From: an uncultured delta proteobacterium
Lineage (GTDB): Bacteria; Myxococcota_A; Polyangia; Polyangiales; Polyangiaceae
Assembly (NCBI GenBank): GCA_963850305.1
Contig: CAWKKR010000008.1
Span: 704,001 to 768,000 of the forward strand
Length of the DNA: 64,000 nucleotides
Reading direction: 5' to 3'
The notes under the pieces were generated by a model. The model had not been told where the DNA came from. It made no database searches and was given only the letters and a program-made list of their open reading frames with translations. This document shows positions 18,640 to 29,464 of the stretch, piece by piece (within the stretch, counting starts at the first letter, position 1; every line of letters begins with the position of its first letter). Position numbers and translations under genes: made by a program.

Positions 18640-20961
18640 ATGAACGGCCCCCCGACCTCGTCGATTCGCGTGCCGCGCGCGCTCGTTTACGCCCCCCTGG
18701 CGGTCGCGACGTTGTGGCTCGCCGCGACGACGGTGCGACGAGTCCTCGCTCTTTCGGGCGGAGCTGCGGTGCCCCTCGACGACGCTTACATCCATTTCCA
18801 GTATGCGCGCTCGATCGCGGAGCTCCATGCGTTCGCGTACACGCGCGGCGCGGTGCCCACTCCCGGCGCAACCAGCCTGCTCTGGCCGCTGACCCTCGCC
18901 CCATTTTACGCGCTCGGCTTTCGCGGCGCGCGGATCATCTGGGTCGCCTGGGCCCTCGGCTTCACGTCCCTCGGCCTCCTCGCGCTGGAAACCCGGCGGC
19001 TTGCATCGGGACTCATGCGCCCGCCCGTCGCGATCGCCACGGGTGCGATGGTCATCGCGTTCGGTGGGTTCACATGGTTCGCGGCGAGCGGCATGGAGGT
19101 CGTCCCGTTTGCGTGGCTCTTCACACGAACCGTGCGGCGCGCAGCCGAGTGGATGGAAAGCGCAGGCAACACGGTCCGCGCACCGTCCGTAGGTCCGCAT
19201 CGACGAGCAGTGTCCCCCCTGAGAGATCGAAGAGGTGCGGAACTACGCGAGCCTAGCGAGCACGCCGAAGGCGGCGGGGGGAGCGGGCGCGAAGCGAGCC
19301 GCGGGGGGCAAGGCCCCCCTTTACCTAACGAGCCTAGCGAGCACGCCGAAGGCGGCGGGGGGAGCGGGCGCGAAGCGAGCCGCGGGGGGCAAGGCCCCCC
19401 TTTACCTAACGAGCCTAGCGAGCACGCCGAAGGCGGCGGGGGGAGCGGGCGCGAAGCGAGCCGCGGGGGGCAAGGCCCCCCTTTACAAGAGCTGTGGTTG
19501 CTGGCGGTCCTGTGTCCCCTGATGCGGCCCGAGGGTGCCGTGGCGTCGCTGCTCGTCGCACTCGCGCTCTTCATCGAGCCACGAGGCGGTTCCCGACTTC
19601 GGGGAATGGCAGCCCTGCTCGCACCAGCCACGCCGTCCGTCATCTGCTGGCTGGCGACGGGCCATGCCGTGACCTCGACGGCAACGGCGAAGTGGCTCCT
19701 CCTCAATCCGTACTATCGAGGCGATCGCCTATTTTCCGCGATCGAGAGCAACGTCGAGATCTTCTTCGGCACGCTTCTGGACGGAAAGCTGTGGACCAGC
19801 GTGTTTCTTCCCGAAGGCGGTCGGCCGATCGCCGTGCTGGCTCTCTTCGCCATCCCACTTGCCGGCGCGACCCGCCACCGATTGCCGCGAGCCATCGGCG
19901 TGCTCGTATTCGCTCTCGCTGCACTGGCTCCGACGACCTACGAAACATTCCTCGTCAACCGGGTGCGCTACATCTGGCCGTTCGCGCCCGCCTGGTTCAT
20001 CGGGCTCGGGGCGCTCGCCGAGGTCAGTGGCGCCTGGGCCGAGCGCACGCTCGCGCGGATAGGCGCGCCCCGGGTCGAGCTACCGATCCTCACCGCGGGC
20101 GTCTTCGTGGGCTTGCTCGGGTCGCGGCTCTCCCCGAGCATCGAGGATCTCGCGACGAGCGCTCAGGCGGTCACCCTGCAGCAGGTCTCGCTCGCGAAGT
20201 GGGCCGCCGCGTCCCTTCCGCCGACCGCGCGCATCGGCGTGAACGACACGGGCGCCATGGCGTACTTCTCGAACCGGACGACGTTCGACGTCGTGGGCCT
20301 GACGACCGCCGGGGAAGCTCGATACTGGACGGCGGGGCCCGGTTCCCGGTTCGAGCACTACGAACACCTGTCGCGCGCCGCGCTACCCACGCATTTCATC
20401 GTTTACCCCGAGTGGTTCGCGGTCGAACCGCTTCTCGGCGAACAGCTGACGGAACGCGTCGTGCGTCACACGATCCTCGGAGGGACCACGATGATCGCGT
20501 ACGAGGCGCGGTACGATCTGCTCGGCTCGGGGGAGCGTCCGACGGAGTTCGACGTCGGACGGAGGCAGCTGGTAGATGCGCTCGACGTCGCGGACCTCGA
20601 CGACGAAGCTCGTCACGCATACGCGCTCTTCGACGCGAGCGCGCAGACCGACGTCGTGGTGAGCGGCGCGGAGTCGGCCGACGGCGCCCGCACCAACCGT
20701 CGCGTGGACGCGTTCACGATCGCGTTCGCTCCCGGCGGCGCGCTGGTCGCGCGACTCGGGGCGGAAAACCCGCTGCGGCTCGAGGTGCGTATCGACGGGC
20801 AGGCAGCCGGGGCGATCGACCTCGACGGCAGTTTCTGGCAGGAGACCGTGGTCTCGGTACCGACCAGCGTCGCGAGCGGCGTGCACCACGTCGACGTTCG
20901 AACGACGGGCAACGGCGCGTTCACATCGCTGCACTACTGGTCTTACGCTGCCGCGCCGTAG
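18640..20961 (+). CDS. Multi-TM GT-C-like membrane glycosyltransferase carrying an in-frame repeat insertion
   Basis: PLDDAYIHFQYARS...GATSLLW, SGME, LMRPEG, DTGAMAYFS..DVVGL motifs; many TM segments. Confidence 0.75.
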   Translation: MNGPPTSSIRVPRALVYAPLAVATLWLAATTVRRVLALSGGAAVPLDDAYIHFQYARSIAELHAFAYTRGAVPTPGATSLLWPLTLAPFYALGFRGARIIWVAWALGFTSLGLLALETRRLASGLMRPPVAIATGAMVIAFGGFTWFAASGMEVVPFAWLFTRTVRRAAEWMESAGNTVRAPSVGPHRRAVSPLRDRRGAELREPSEHAEGGGGSGREASRGGQGPPLPNEPSEHAEGGGGSGREASRGGQGPPLPNEPSEHAEGGGGSGREASRGGQGPPLQELWLLAVLCPLMRPEGAVASLLVALALFIEPRGGSRLRGMAALLAPATPSVICWLATGHAVTSTATAKWLLLNPYYRGDRLFSAIESNVEIFFGTLLDGKLWTSVFLPEGGRPIAVLALFAIPLAGATRHRLPRAIGVLVFALAALAPTTYETFLVNRVRYIWPFAPAWFIGLGALAEVSGAWAERTLARIGAPRVELPILTAGVFVGLLGSRLSPSIEDLATSAQAVTLQQVSLAKWAAASLPPTARIGVNDTGAMAYFSNRTTFDVVGLTTAGEARYWTAGPGSRFEHYEHLSRAALPTHFIVYPEWFAVEPLLGEQLTERVVRHTILGGTTMIAYEARYDLLGSGERPTEFDVGRRQLVDALDVADLDDEARHAYALFDASAQTDVVVSGAESADGARTNRRVDAFTIAFAPGGALVARLGAENPLRLEVRIDGQAAGAIDLDGSFWQETVVSVPTSVASGVHHVDVRTTGNGAFTSLHYWSYAAAP
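19189..19486 (+). repeat. GTAG-type element (copy B) followed by three tandem 81-bp units inside the CDS
   Basis: GTAGGTCCGCATCGACGAGCAG...TGCGGAACTAC, then 81-bp units starting at 19249, 19330 and 19411 (last truncated) encoding EPSEHAEGGGGSGREASRGGQGPPLPN. Confidence 0.92.
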
Positions 20962-21281
20962 CGGCTTCGGCGGCGCTCTGCCCCTCCGTGCAACGCGGCC
21001 ACGTCGATTTCCGCGGTCTGGCCGGACGCATCGTCTGCGAGCGCTTCGTCCGCCAGCACGCTCAAGGCGTCCTGCGACATTGCGAACCTCCGCGCCCATC
21101 CCTCTTCGCTTACCAACTCCGCTTCGAGCGCAGACGAGCAGTTCGCGTCTTGGCGCGGAACGGGCCCACCATGACGCCGAGATCCTGGCTGAGCCACCCG
21201 GCGCCAGGAACGCGACAGGGTCGGTCAGGACTTCGAATCCGAGTGAGCCCGCTCGCGAGGCAATGCTATAGGCGACGGGCG

Positions 21282-22226
21282 ATGCGGTTCCGCCCCCTCG
21301 GAAAGACTGGCTTGACCGTTTCCGAGCTCGCCCTCGGGACGTGGGGCCTCTCTGGCGACGGTTACGGGCCGGTGCCCGAGAGCGAGCGAGACGCGGTGGT
21401 CGAGCGGAGCGTTGCGCTCGGCATCACGCTCTTCGAGACAGCCGACGTGTATGGAGCCGGCTCCATGGAAACGTGCCTCGGCGAGCGTCTGTCCTCGAAG
21501 GAGTCCGTACACGTCGCGACGAAGATCGGGACGGATCGCGAGAGTTCTCCACCCGTGAAGCGCTTCGATACGGCGTATCTTCGCGCCGCGTTCGACAAGA
21601 GCCGCGCGCGACTGAAGCGCGACGTCGTCGACGTCCTTTTGCTCCACAATCCCGTCGCGCGCACGGTCGAAGGCGGTGAGGCCACGACCGCGCTCGCGGA
21701 GCTCAAGGCTTCCGGAAAGATTCGAGCATGGGGCGTGAGCGCGGGGTCGGTCGAGGTCGCGAGAGCGGCGATCACGAAGGGCGCGGACGTCATTTCGCTC
21801 GCCCACAGTGCAGTGTTTTCGGGAGATCTGCGCTCGCTCCACGAGGACGTCGAAAAGAGTGGCATCGGGGTGTTCTCGCACAGCGTGCTCGCGCACGGGC
21901 TCCTCAGCGGCTATTGGTCACTCCACAAGGAATTCGCGCGGGGAGACCACCGGAGCGATCGGTGGACGCCGGATGAGCTTCGCAGGCGCGTGCAACAGCT
22001 GAGCGCGATCCGCACCCTGGTGGGCGGCCCGATCTACACGATGCGCGCCGCCGCGCTCCGGTTCGTCCTGTCGAACCGCGACGTGAGCTCGATCCTCCTT
22101 GGACCGAGGAGCTCGATCCAGCTCGATCAGCTCGTTCGAGAAGGCTCTCCGGAGCTCCCTTACCTGAGCGAGGATCAGCTCAAGAGTCTCGCCTTTCGAC
22201 TCGAAAATGCCGGGGTCACGTCATGA
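21282..22226 (+). CDS. Aldo/keto reductase
   Basis: MRFRPLGKTGLTVSELALGTWG, FETADVYGAG, VATKIG, DVLLLHNP, GKIRAWGVS. Confidence 0.93.
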   Translation: MRFRPLGKTGLTVSELALGTWGLSGDGYGPVPESERDAVVERSVALGITLFETADVYGAGSMETCLGERLSSKESVHVATKIGTDRESSPPVKRFDTAYLRAAFDKSRARLKRDVVDVLLLHNPVARTVEGGEATTALAELKASGKIRAWGVSAGSVEVARAAITKGADVISLAHSAVFSGDLRSLHEDVEKSGIGVFSHSVLAHGLLSGYWSLHKEFARGDHRSDRWTPDELRRRVQQLSAIRTLVGGPIYTMRAAALRFVLSNRDVSSILLGPRSSIQLDQLVREGSPELPYLSEDQLKSLAFRLENAGVTS

Positions 22227-23044
22227 CGGCCATCCTGGAAACTCTACTCGAGATCGCCTTCGAAGCCGCGGCGGTGGTCCGCGAGGTCTACGAGACACCA
22301 TTCGCGGTGGACTGGAAGGGACCGAAGGATCCGGTCACCGCCGCCGACGTTCGCGCGAACGACCTCATCTGTCGCAGGTTGGCGAACCATTTCCCGGGCG
22401 TGCCGGTGGTCGCCGAGGAGAGCGATCCCTCGAGCTTCCTGGACTACCGAACCGCATCGCGCGTGTTCTTCGTCGACCCTCTCGACGGCACCGCGGAGTT
22501 CGTCGACCGCAACGGCGAGTTCGTCGTGATGATCGGACTAGTGGAGGACCGCAAATCGACCACGGGGGTTGTCGTCGCTCCAGCGACCGGGCGCGCGTGG
22601 GCGGGCCGGGTCGGAGAAGGAACTTTCACGGTCGCGCCCGACGGGACCAGAAGCCCGGCGAGGGTCAGCGACGTCACGGCCCTCCCGGCGGCGCGGATCG
22701 TCGCGTCCCGCTCGCACAGAAGTGCCGCCCTCGAACGCGCGCTCGCCCTCATAGGAGGAAGCGAGGTTGTGGCGATCGGGAGCGCCGGACTCAAGGGAGC
22801 CGCCATCGCTGCAGGACGCGCGGACATTTACGCCGGCACGGGGATCGTCGGTAAACGGTGGGACGTGTGCGCCATCGATGCGCTGATCACGGCCGCGGGT
22901 GGTCGTCTGACGGACTCTTTCGGGCGGGCCTTCGACTATCACGCGGACAGCCTCGTCAATGACCGAGGCGTGGTAGCGGCGAACGAGCCGTTGCATCCGC
23001 TCGTGATCGAGCGTTTGGCCGCACTGGTTGCCGGATCGAACTGA
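22223..23044 (+). CDS. Inositol monophosphatase family / CysQ-like 3'(2'),5'-bisphosphate nucleotidase
   Basis: DPVTAAD, VAEES, FVDPLDGTAEF, WDVCA motifs. Confidence 0.9.
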   Translation: MTAILETLLEIAFEAAAVVREVYETPFAVDWKGPKDPVTAADVRANDLICRRLANHFPGVPVVAEESDPSSFLDYRTASRVFFVDPLDGTAEFVDRNGEFVVMIGLVEDRKSTTGVVVAPATGRAWAGRVGEGTFTVAPDGTRSPARVSDVTALPAARIVASRSHRSAALERALALIGGSEVVAIGSAGLKGAAIAAGRADIYAGTGIVGKRWDVCAIDALITAAGGRLTDSFGRAFDYHADSLVNDRGVVAANEPLHPLVIERLAALVAGSN

Positions 23045-23214
23045 TGCAGCGCGTTAGCACCGAGTTGCTTCGTTGACAGACGCGATGCGAGCGGCGTACG
23101 GTCCGGACGCGCCGGGAAACCGAGGGATTGCAGGCATTTTGGCGGGCTCTGCCGTCGCTTGCCCTCGCGGTAGACCGAGCGACAGTCGCTCGCTTTCACC
23201 CTGGAGAATTCGAC

Positions 23215-24961
23215 ATGCTCCGTTCCTCGCGCACTCTCGTGTCGCTGGTTCGTCTGTTGACGTTCAGCGCGCCCGCCATCGGCGCGCTCGCCATTTCAAC
23301 CACCCTGGTTGGTTGCAAGGACGAAGGGCAGCCGGATTACTGGGTCGAGAAGCTGCAGGATCGCGCGTGGCAAAGCAACGCCGTCAAACGGCTCGAGCAG
23401 TTCTTCGACGACACCTTCACGAGGACGAACAAGGATCTCGACGGCGCCGGACATGAAGGCGCTCGCCGACAAGGTCGTCGAGCCGCTCTCGAAAATGTAC
23501 GTGGACGACTATGGCGATCTGGACGACCAGACGCGCGAGTCGGCACTGAAGCTCATCGCCGCCTTCCGGGATCCGCGCGGTGAACCGGCGCTGAAGAAGG
23601 CGTTCGACGAATTCGCGAAGACCGGCAAGGGCGAAGCGGACGTGAGATGGGCCGCTCGCGCGGCGGGTGAAATGAAATTGCCGGGGCTCGCGGAGCCGAT
23701 GGTGCAGGCTTTCGACAAGCTGAAGGCCGCCACCAAGGAGGGCGCCTACGTCTACCGCGACCTGAACGAGGCCATGCTCAAGATGCCCAGCCCGAGCTGG
23801 AGTGGGACGCTGAAGTCCAAGCTTCAAGATGACATCGTTCCGCCGGGCGACGGCAAGGACCCGAACGCCGTCGATCAGTTCAAGAACGAGCTCTTCTGGC
23901 AGACGACCTCGGCCCAGCTCCTGGGCGAGCTGAAGGATGACTCGGCGATCGAGCCGCTACTGAAGATCATGCTCGACCCGGCGAAGGCGGACGTGCAGCC
24001 GACGGCTGTCCTGGCGCTCGTGAAGATTGGCAAGCCGGCTGCGGCACGCGCAATGAAGCTCCTCGCCGACCAGGATCCGGATCTTGCAGCCTATTGCATC
24101 GCGCGAGTGCAGAAGGTCACGGGCTCGAAGGACCCGCCCAAGGACAAGCCTTACATCGGCATTGCCGCCGTCATTCTCGGCTCGATGGGCCGGCCCGATA
24201 CCCTGGATGCCATGGTGACCGCGGTACACGACACGAAGGACGCGTCGACCCGCGCCATCATCGCGCGGGAGATCGCCAAGATCCCGCCGACGGCCGCGTC
24301 GAAGCAGGCGTTCCGCGTGGCGTACGAAGCGACGACGATCGACGACCAGATCCCACCCGGCTCCAATGCGCTGGAAACGCTCACGAACGCCGTCGGCATG
24401 TTCTACGACGCGGACTTCGTGCCGTGGCTCCTCGAGCGCGCCGAAAAGACGAAGGGTTCGGGCGAAGAAAAGACGGAGCTCCAGAGCATGGCGACGTTGA
24501 CGTCGGTCACACTCATGAAGCCCGAACAGATCGGGCTCGTGCAGGGCGCGGTAAACAAGTGGGGCACGCAGATTGAAAAGGACGCGTTCAAGCAATCGAG
24601 CGACTTGCTCCGGAGCTGTGGGGATCGAGTTCCTTGTTATCTGGCGGCCATCCAGAAGGGGGACAACCAGGAGCGGGCCAACCAGACCATCGGCGTCAAG
24701 GCGGGTTACATGATCGGCATCTATGGCGACGACAAGGCGCGCGGCGATCTCATCGACGGGCTGGCGGTGATCGACAACGCGACGGTGCGCGCAATCGCGG
24801 CGCAAACCATCGATTTCCTGTCGCCCAAGGGATCGAAGGAGGCGGCGGACGCCCTCGAGAAGATCATCGACAAGGACACGAAGACGGCGGACAAGGACAG
24901 GATTGCCGGCGATGCGCCGCTCAAACAGATCATGTATCGAATCCGCGCGCGCGCGGAGTGA
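23215..24961 (+). CDS. HEAT/ARM-repeat lipoprotein, one frameshift near 23443
   Basis: RBS plus signal peptide with LVG-C lipobox in one frame; helical-repeat body continues in the +1 frame from about 23445. Confidence 0.75.
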
Positions 24962-25033
24962 GCCGCTTCGAGGAGGCTGGCCCATCACCATACGGGGCCT
25001 TCGCCGGAAGGCGTCGCGAGGCGTGCCGGAAGC

Positions 25034-26972
25034 ATGATCCGCGTGCGGCTGGAGGTCGTACGCGCCGGCGAACCGACACGTGTCTTCGAGCCGGAAACAG
25101 ACGTCGTCCGCATCGGCCGGAGCTCGACATCCGAGCTCCGGATCGAAGACCTGGCGCCGCAGCATGCGCGGATTCGAATCGACGACGACCGAGTGTCGCT
25201 CGAGGATCTCGGGGTCCGGCGGCACCACCTCGATTCTCCGGGACGGCACACCGACCCTTCTCGACGCTGAATCCAGGAGCGCGGAGCTCGGCTCGGGCGA
25301 CGTCGTGGAGCTTCGCGGCGGCGACAGCGGCGCGAACGTCGAGCTCCGCGTACATTTCGACGTCGACTCCGAGGAACCGCGCATCGTGGAGATGCGACCG
25401 CTCGCGGAGCTGCCCGGCGGAGCTGCAGCGCCGCACCGAGGCGATCCGCTGCTGCGCACGCTCTGCGAGGTGCAGCGCACGATCGGGTCCGCCAAGCGGT
25501 TGCCGGGCGTTCTCGGCGCGGTGGCGGACGCGGCTCTGCTGGTGGTATCGCGCGCGACCCATGCGACCGTACTGTTGCAAGAGGACTCTCTACCGGGCGA
25601 TGGCGTCCTATCCGCCGTGACGCGAGTCCGCGGCCCGAACGGCGCAGGAATGGCGCCGAAAGACTCCGTGCGCGTCGCGCGGAGCGTCTTTCGCAAGGTG
25701 GTCCGCGAGCGCGCGGCGGTGCTCGCCGCGGACGCCCCCTCCGGCGAACTCTCGTCCGAGTCACTGCTGGGTGCGAGCATCCGGAGCACCATCGGCGTCC
25801 CGCTCTGGCAGGGCGAAGAGATTGTCGGCGTTCTTCAGATCGACAACCGCGCAGCGCCAGGGATGTTCACGACCGCGGATGTGGATGCGCTGGGCGTCCT
25901 CGCCGCAAACGCGTCATTGGCCGTCGCGAACGCCCGGCTCATTCACCGTCTCGAGTCGGCGGAGGAGCTCCTCGAACGCGAAAATCGGTTCCTCAGGAAT
26001 CGTGAACGTGCACGACGCGGGACCGCCGAGGTCGTGGGAAAAAGCGCGGCGTTCACGGCCCTCCTGTCGCAGATCGGCAAGGTCGCCGACACGCGCGTCT
26101 CCGTACTCATCGAGGGCGAAACGGGCAGCGGCAAGGAACTCGTCGCGGCCGCGCTGCATTACCGCTCGCGACGCCGCGAGCGCCTGTTCGTCGCGCAAAA
26201 CTGCGCGGCTCTGCCCGAAGCTCTTCTCGAGAGCGAGCTCTTCGGGCACAAGCGCGGCGCGTTCACGGGCGCGACGGAGGATCGCAAAGGGCTCTTCGAG
26301 CTCGCCGACGGCGGCACGCTGTTCCTGGACGAAGTGACCGAGACGCCGCTCGCGTTGCAGGCGAAGCTGCTCCGCGTTCTTCAGGAGGGTGAAGTGCGTC
26401 CTGTCGGCGCAAACCATCCGAAGCATGTCGACGTTCGGGTCGTCGCCGCAACGAATCGCGACCTCGAGAAGGAAGTCGCGGAAGGGCGCTTCCGAGAAGA
26501 CCTCTACTATCGACTGAAGGTTTTCCCCCTGCGCGTCCCACCGCTTCGCGAGCGACGCGAGGACGTGTTGCTCCTGGCCGCTCACTTCCTCGCCCGCTAT
26601 TCGGCGGAGATTGGACGACCCGTCGCCGGCTTCTCGCAGCCGGCGCTCGACCTCATGGTCGCCTACGCATGGCCCGGCAACGTGCGCGAGCTCGAGAACG
26701 AAGTCCAGCGACTCGTCATCCAGGCCGACGTCGACAGTTGCATCGAGCCCGAGCTCCTCAGTCCCAAGATCCGACAGATAGAAGGGACGATTCTCGGCGC
26801 CGGAGTCCCGCGCACGGAAGCCAACCTCAAGAAGATGATGGACCAGGTCGAACGCCATCTCGTCTCCGAAGCTCTGCGCACCCACGGCAACAACAAGACC
26901 AGCGCCGCCAAAGCGCTCGGCATCACGCGAGAGGGTCTGCACAAGAAACTCAAGCTGCTCGGGCTGGGATAG
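25034..26972 (+). CDS. FHA-GAF-AAA+-Fis sigma-54-dependent activator, frameshift at GGGG 25211-25214
   Basis: FHA (IGRS...QHARI...EDLGS), [35 protein letters not shown]-terminal HTH. Confidence 0.9.
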
Positions 26973-27036
26973 CGGAGGGATCCCTGTCGTGGCGGGTGCG
27001 ATTGAAGTAGCGCGCACTGCCGCTGCAGAGGTTCCG

Positions 27037-28347
27037 TCAGGCGGCCGGCAGGCGGTCTCGCGACACTTTCCGCTTGTTGACCAGCGTCGTGTTGATGACC
27101 TGCTGCGATACCTCGAAGTGCTTTGCCGCGAGTTCGACGCCGTCCTCGTCAGTTCCGTTGTCATCCGTGAAAGCGTCTAGTTCTGTCCACGGACAAAGGA
27201 GCTCCTGCGCGAACGACCGCTGAAACTTTTGGAGCGCGGTCCCCGTGTCGCACACAGGCAGAACGTGCTCATCGGGACCCAGGAGCATCGCGCAGCCGAT
27301 GATTCTCGCTAGATCAAAACGCTGGCGTACGCCAGCCCGCCTGACGACGACAGCCGTTCGCCCATCCTGGCTACCGCTTCGAAAGCCGCCCTGCAGTGAA
27401 ACCACGGGTCCTGCTGAGGCCAACGAAGGGAGAGGCAGTTTGACGTCCAAGGACTGCTCCAGCACGGCATTCGTCAAGGGACCCGACGTGACGCCGAGGC
27501 GATGTCGCATCTCGGTCGCCAGCGCGGCTCCTTTCTCCCACGGCAACTGACCAGGACGAAACGCACGAGTCGTGCTTGGCACAGTCTCGAACTTCACGGT
27601 GGTGGGCGAGATGCGCATCGCTCCAACGACATCCGCCGCCGCGCCGAGTCCCCCCTTCAGGTTAGGCACTGCGGCCATGAGCTCGTCACCGGACACCGGT
27701 CCCGCGATTCCGACGAGCGTTTTCGCACCGTCCAGCCATTCGGGCGGGGCTGAACCGGGATCGATACCGGCGAGCGCCTGAAGTCGGCAGAGCTCCGCAA
27801 GGTGGGGCTTTGCTCGTTCATCACAAAGCTCGGCTCTCAGCTCTAGTAGCTCATCGGCCTTTCTAGACAGCCCCGCGAGCCTACCCTGCACGAGGTCGAG
27901 AAATGCTTCCACGGCGGTTTCGAAATCCGCGGCAGGCACATCGACGGTCAGATCTCGCAGATATCGCACCGCGGAGACATCGGCTTGAGCTTCGGCCTTG
28001 ATTTGCAGCTGAAGAAACTGCCCATCGCTGGACAGCTGGAGTGGAGGCCAAGCGTAGCCACCTCCTATCGATGCCAGCGAGTGCGCTTGGCTCCAATCTC
28101 GGCGCGGGTATTTCGACGACGGTTCCCATCGGAGCCGCCACCAGTTCACGAGCAGCCATCTGGCCAGGGCATACGCAGATACATTGATGTGCGGACGCAC
28201 CGTGCGGGCGATCGTGTCGTCAACTTCAGTTAACGGAATTTGGTCGGACCCGACGAGAATGGCCAACGACGCCACTGTCGCATCCTCGACCGACGCGCTG
28301 TCTGCCGGGCCCAGCCAGGTGAGCACGTTGAACTCGAGCTCACGCAT
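27037..28347 (-). CDS. Uncharacterised protein with C-terminal ImmA/IrrE-like domain lacking HExxH
   Basis: RQRFDLARIIG (compare RQRFTLAHELGH) and QRSFAQELLCP...LAAKHFEVS; N-terminal NWWRLRWEP and HSLASIGGGYAWP. Confidence 0.7.
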   Translation of the reverse strand: MRELEFNVLTWLGPADSASVEDATVASLAILVGSDQIPLTEVDDTIARTVRPHINVSAYALARWLLVNWWRLRWEPSSKYPRRDWSQAHSLASIGGGYAWPPLQLSSDGQFLQLQIKAEAQADVSAVRYLRDLTVDVPAADFETAVEAFLDLVQGRLAGLSRKADELLELRAELCDERAKPHLAELCRLQALAGIDPGSAPPEWLDGAKTLVGIAGPVSGDELMAAVPNLKGGLGAAADVVGAMRISPTTVKFETVPSTTRAFRPGQLPWEKGAALATEMRHRLGVTSGPLTNAVLEQSLDVKLPLPSLASAGPVVSLQGGFRSGSQDGRTAVVVRRAGVRQRFDLARIIGCAMLLGPDEHVLPVCDTGTALQKFQRSFAQELLCPWTELDAFTDDNGTDEDGVELAAKHFEVSQQVINTTLVNKRKVSRDRLPAA

Positions 28348-28780
28348 GTTGCTGAACCCACGCGGCGCGAATCTGATCGAACAAGGGATCGCTTCGTCGG
28401 ATCGGGTACCCGTGATAGCGGCCGATCACGCTCCCACCATATATGGCCTCGAATACGCGACCGTGTTCGTCGACGACCCAGAGCTCTTTCGGGAAGCCGG
28501 GCGCTCCGATGGGATCGCTCACGAGGCCACCCTCGATCGCTCTCGCCAACAGGTCCGTCGCGACGGCCCTGCTCGCGACACCGGCTTCATCGCACAGCGT
28601 CTTGTCCGGGCGCGGTGCGGCGGGAGGGGTTAGCCCGAAGTCTCCCGGATTTTTCTTATGATAGGCGCTGCCCTCGTACGCGGCGTTCAGCCGAAGGTAC
28701 GCCTTCTCCGTGTCGGAAAGCGGGGTCGAGCGAATGGTGCGGACCGTCGCCTTCTGCACCTCGAGCGCCTTCCTTCCCAT
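28340..28780 (-). CDS. Small uncharacterised protein, putative nuclease/toxin-like (YEGSxxHK, DKTLCD, YHGYP)
   Basis: 146-aa ORF from ATG 28780; stop overlaps the next start by 8 bp; function inferred only. Confidence 0.65.
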   Translation of the reverse strand: MGRKALEVQKATVRTIRSTPLSDTEKAYLRLNAAYEGSAYHKKNPGDFGLTPPAAPRPDKTLCDEAGVASRAVATDLLARAIEGGLVSDPIGAPGFPKELWVVDEHGRVFEAIYGGSVIGRYHGYPIRRSDPLFDQIRAAWVQQHA

Positions 28781-28927
28781 GTGATCTCGCCGAGTTCTGG
28801 GTCGCGTGGAGCGTACCCTGTCGCGATACGCCGATCCAGGGGCTCGATCCCTTCTACCACGCGGCCGATACCGGGTACGACGCGCCTGCAGCCAGACAGC
28901 GATTTGACCAACCTGGTCAGCCTGGTC

Positions 28928-29020
28928 CGTGGGTTCGCCGAGGTGACGGACTAAGGGGGCGACGTTCGGGGGCGCGGTGATGAGGGCGAGGAGGCGTATG
29001 CAGCCGCCGCACCGGGGACA
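28928..29020 (-). pseudogene. Fragment resembling the C-terminus of an IS91/ISCR-like transposase
   Basis: CPRCGGCIRLLALITAPPNVAPLVRHLGEPT resembles the CPxCGGxMRIIAxI...ILxHLG tail; no upstream catalytic domain. Confidence 0.55.
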
Positions 29021-29143
29021 GTCTCGAGCTTCGCGTCCCTTCTCGTCTTCGGCCCCGACGCGCATGGCAGTGAGCGACCTGGAGCGTATCGGCCACATCA
29101 GTGGTCGAAAGTCGAGAAAGGGTCCGGAACTCGAGACAGGCTC

Positions 29144-29410
29144 ACATCCGGAGCGTCGGCTCTTGCACCTGGAACGTCGGCTCTTGCACCTGGAACGTCG
29201 GCTCTTGCACCTGGAACGTCGGCTCTAGCATCCGGAGCGTCGGCTCTTGCACCTGGAACGTCGGCTCTAGCATCCGGAGCGTCGGCTCCAGCACCTGGAA
29301 CGTCGGCTCTTGCACCTGGAACGTCGGCTCTAGCATCCGGAGCGTCGGCTCAAGCACTTGAAACGTCGGCTCAAGCACTTGAAACGTCGGCTCAAGCATC
29401 CGGAGCGTCG
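29144..29410 (+). repeat. 21-bp tandem array (about 12-13 units, several variants)
   Basis: Units CGGCTCTTGCACCTGGAACGT, CGGCTCTAGCATCCGGAGCGT and CGGCTCAAGCACTTGAAACGT. Confidence 0.92.
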
Positions 29411-29464
29411 TTCCAAGCGCTCGGCGCGCGCTTCCGGACACGTAACTCGCCTTACCGCGCGCTG

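Noticed and set aside
19494..22226. 910-aa ORF read as a large fusion protein
   Set aside because: Only the last ~314 aa (from ATG 21282) are an aldo/keto reductase; the rest is an alternative frame of the GT-C gene
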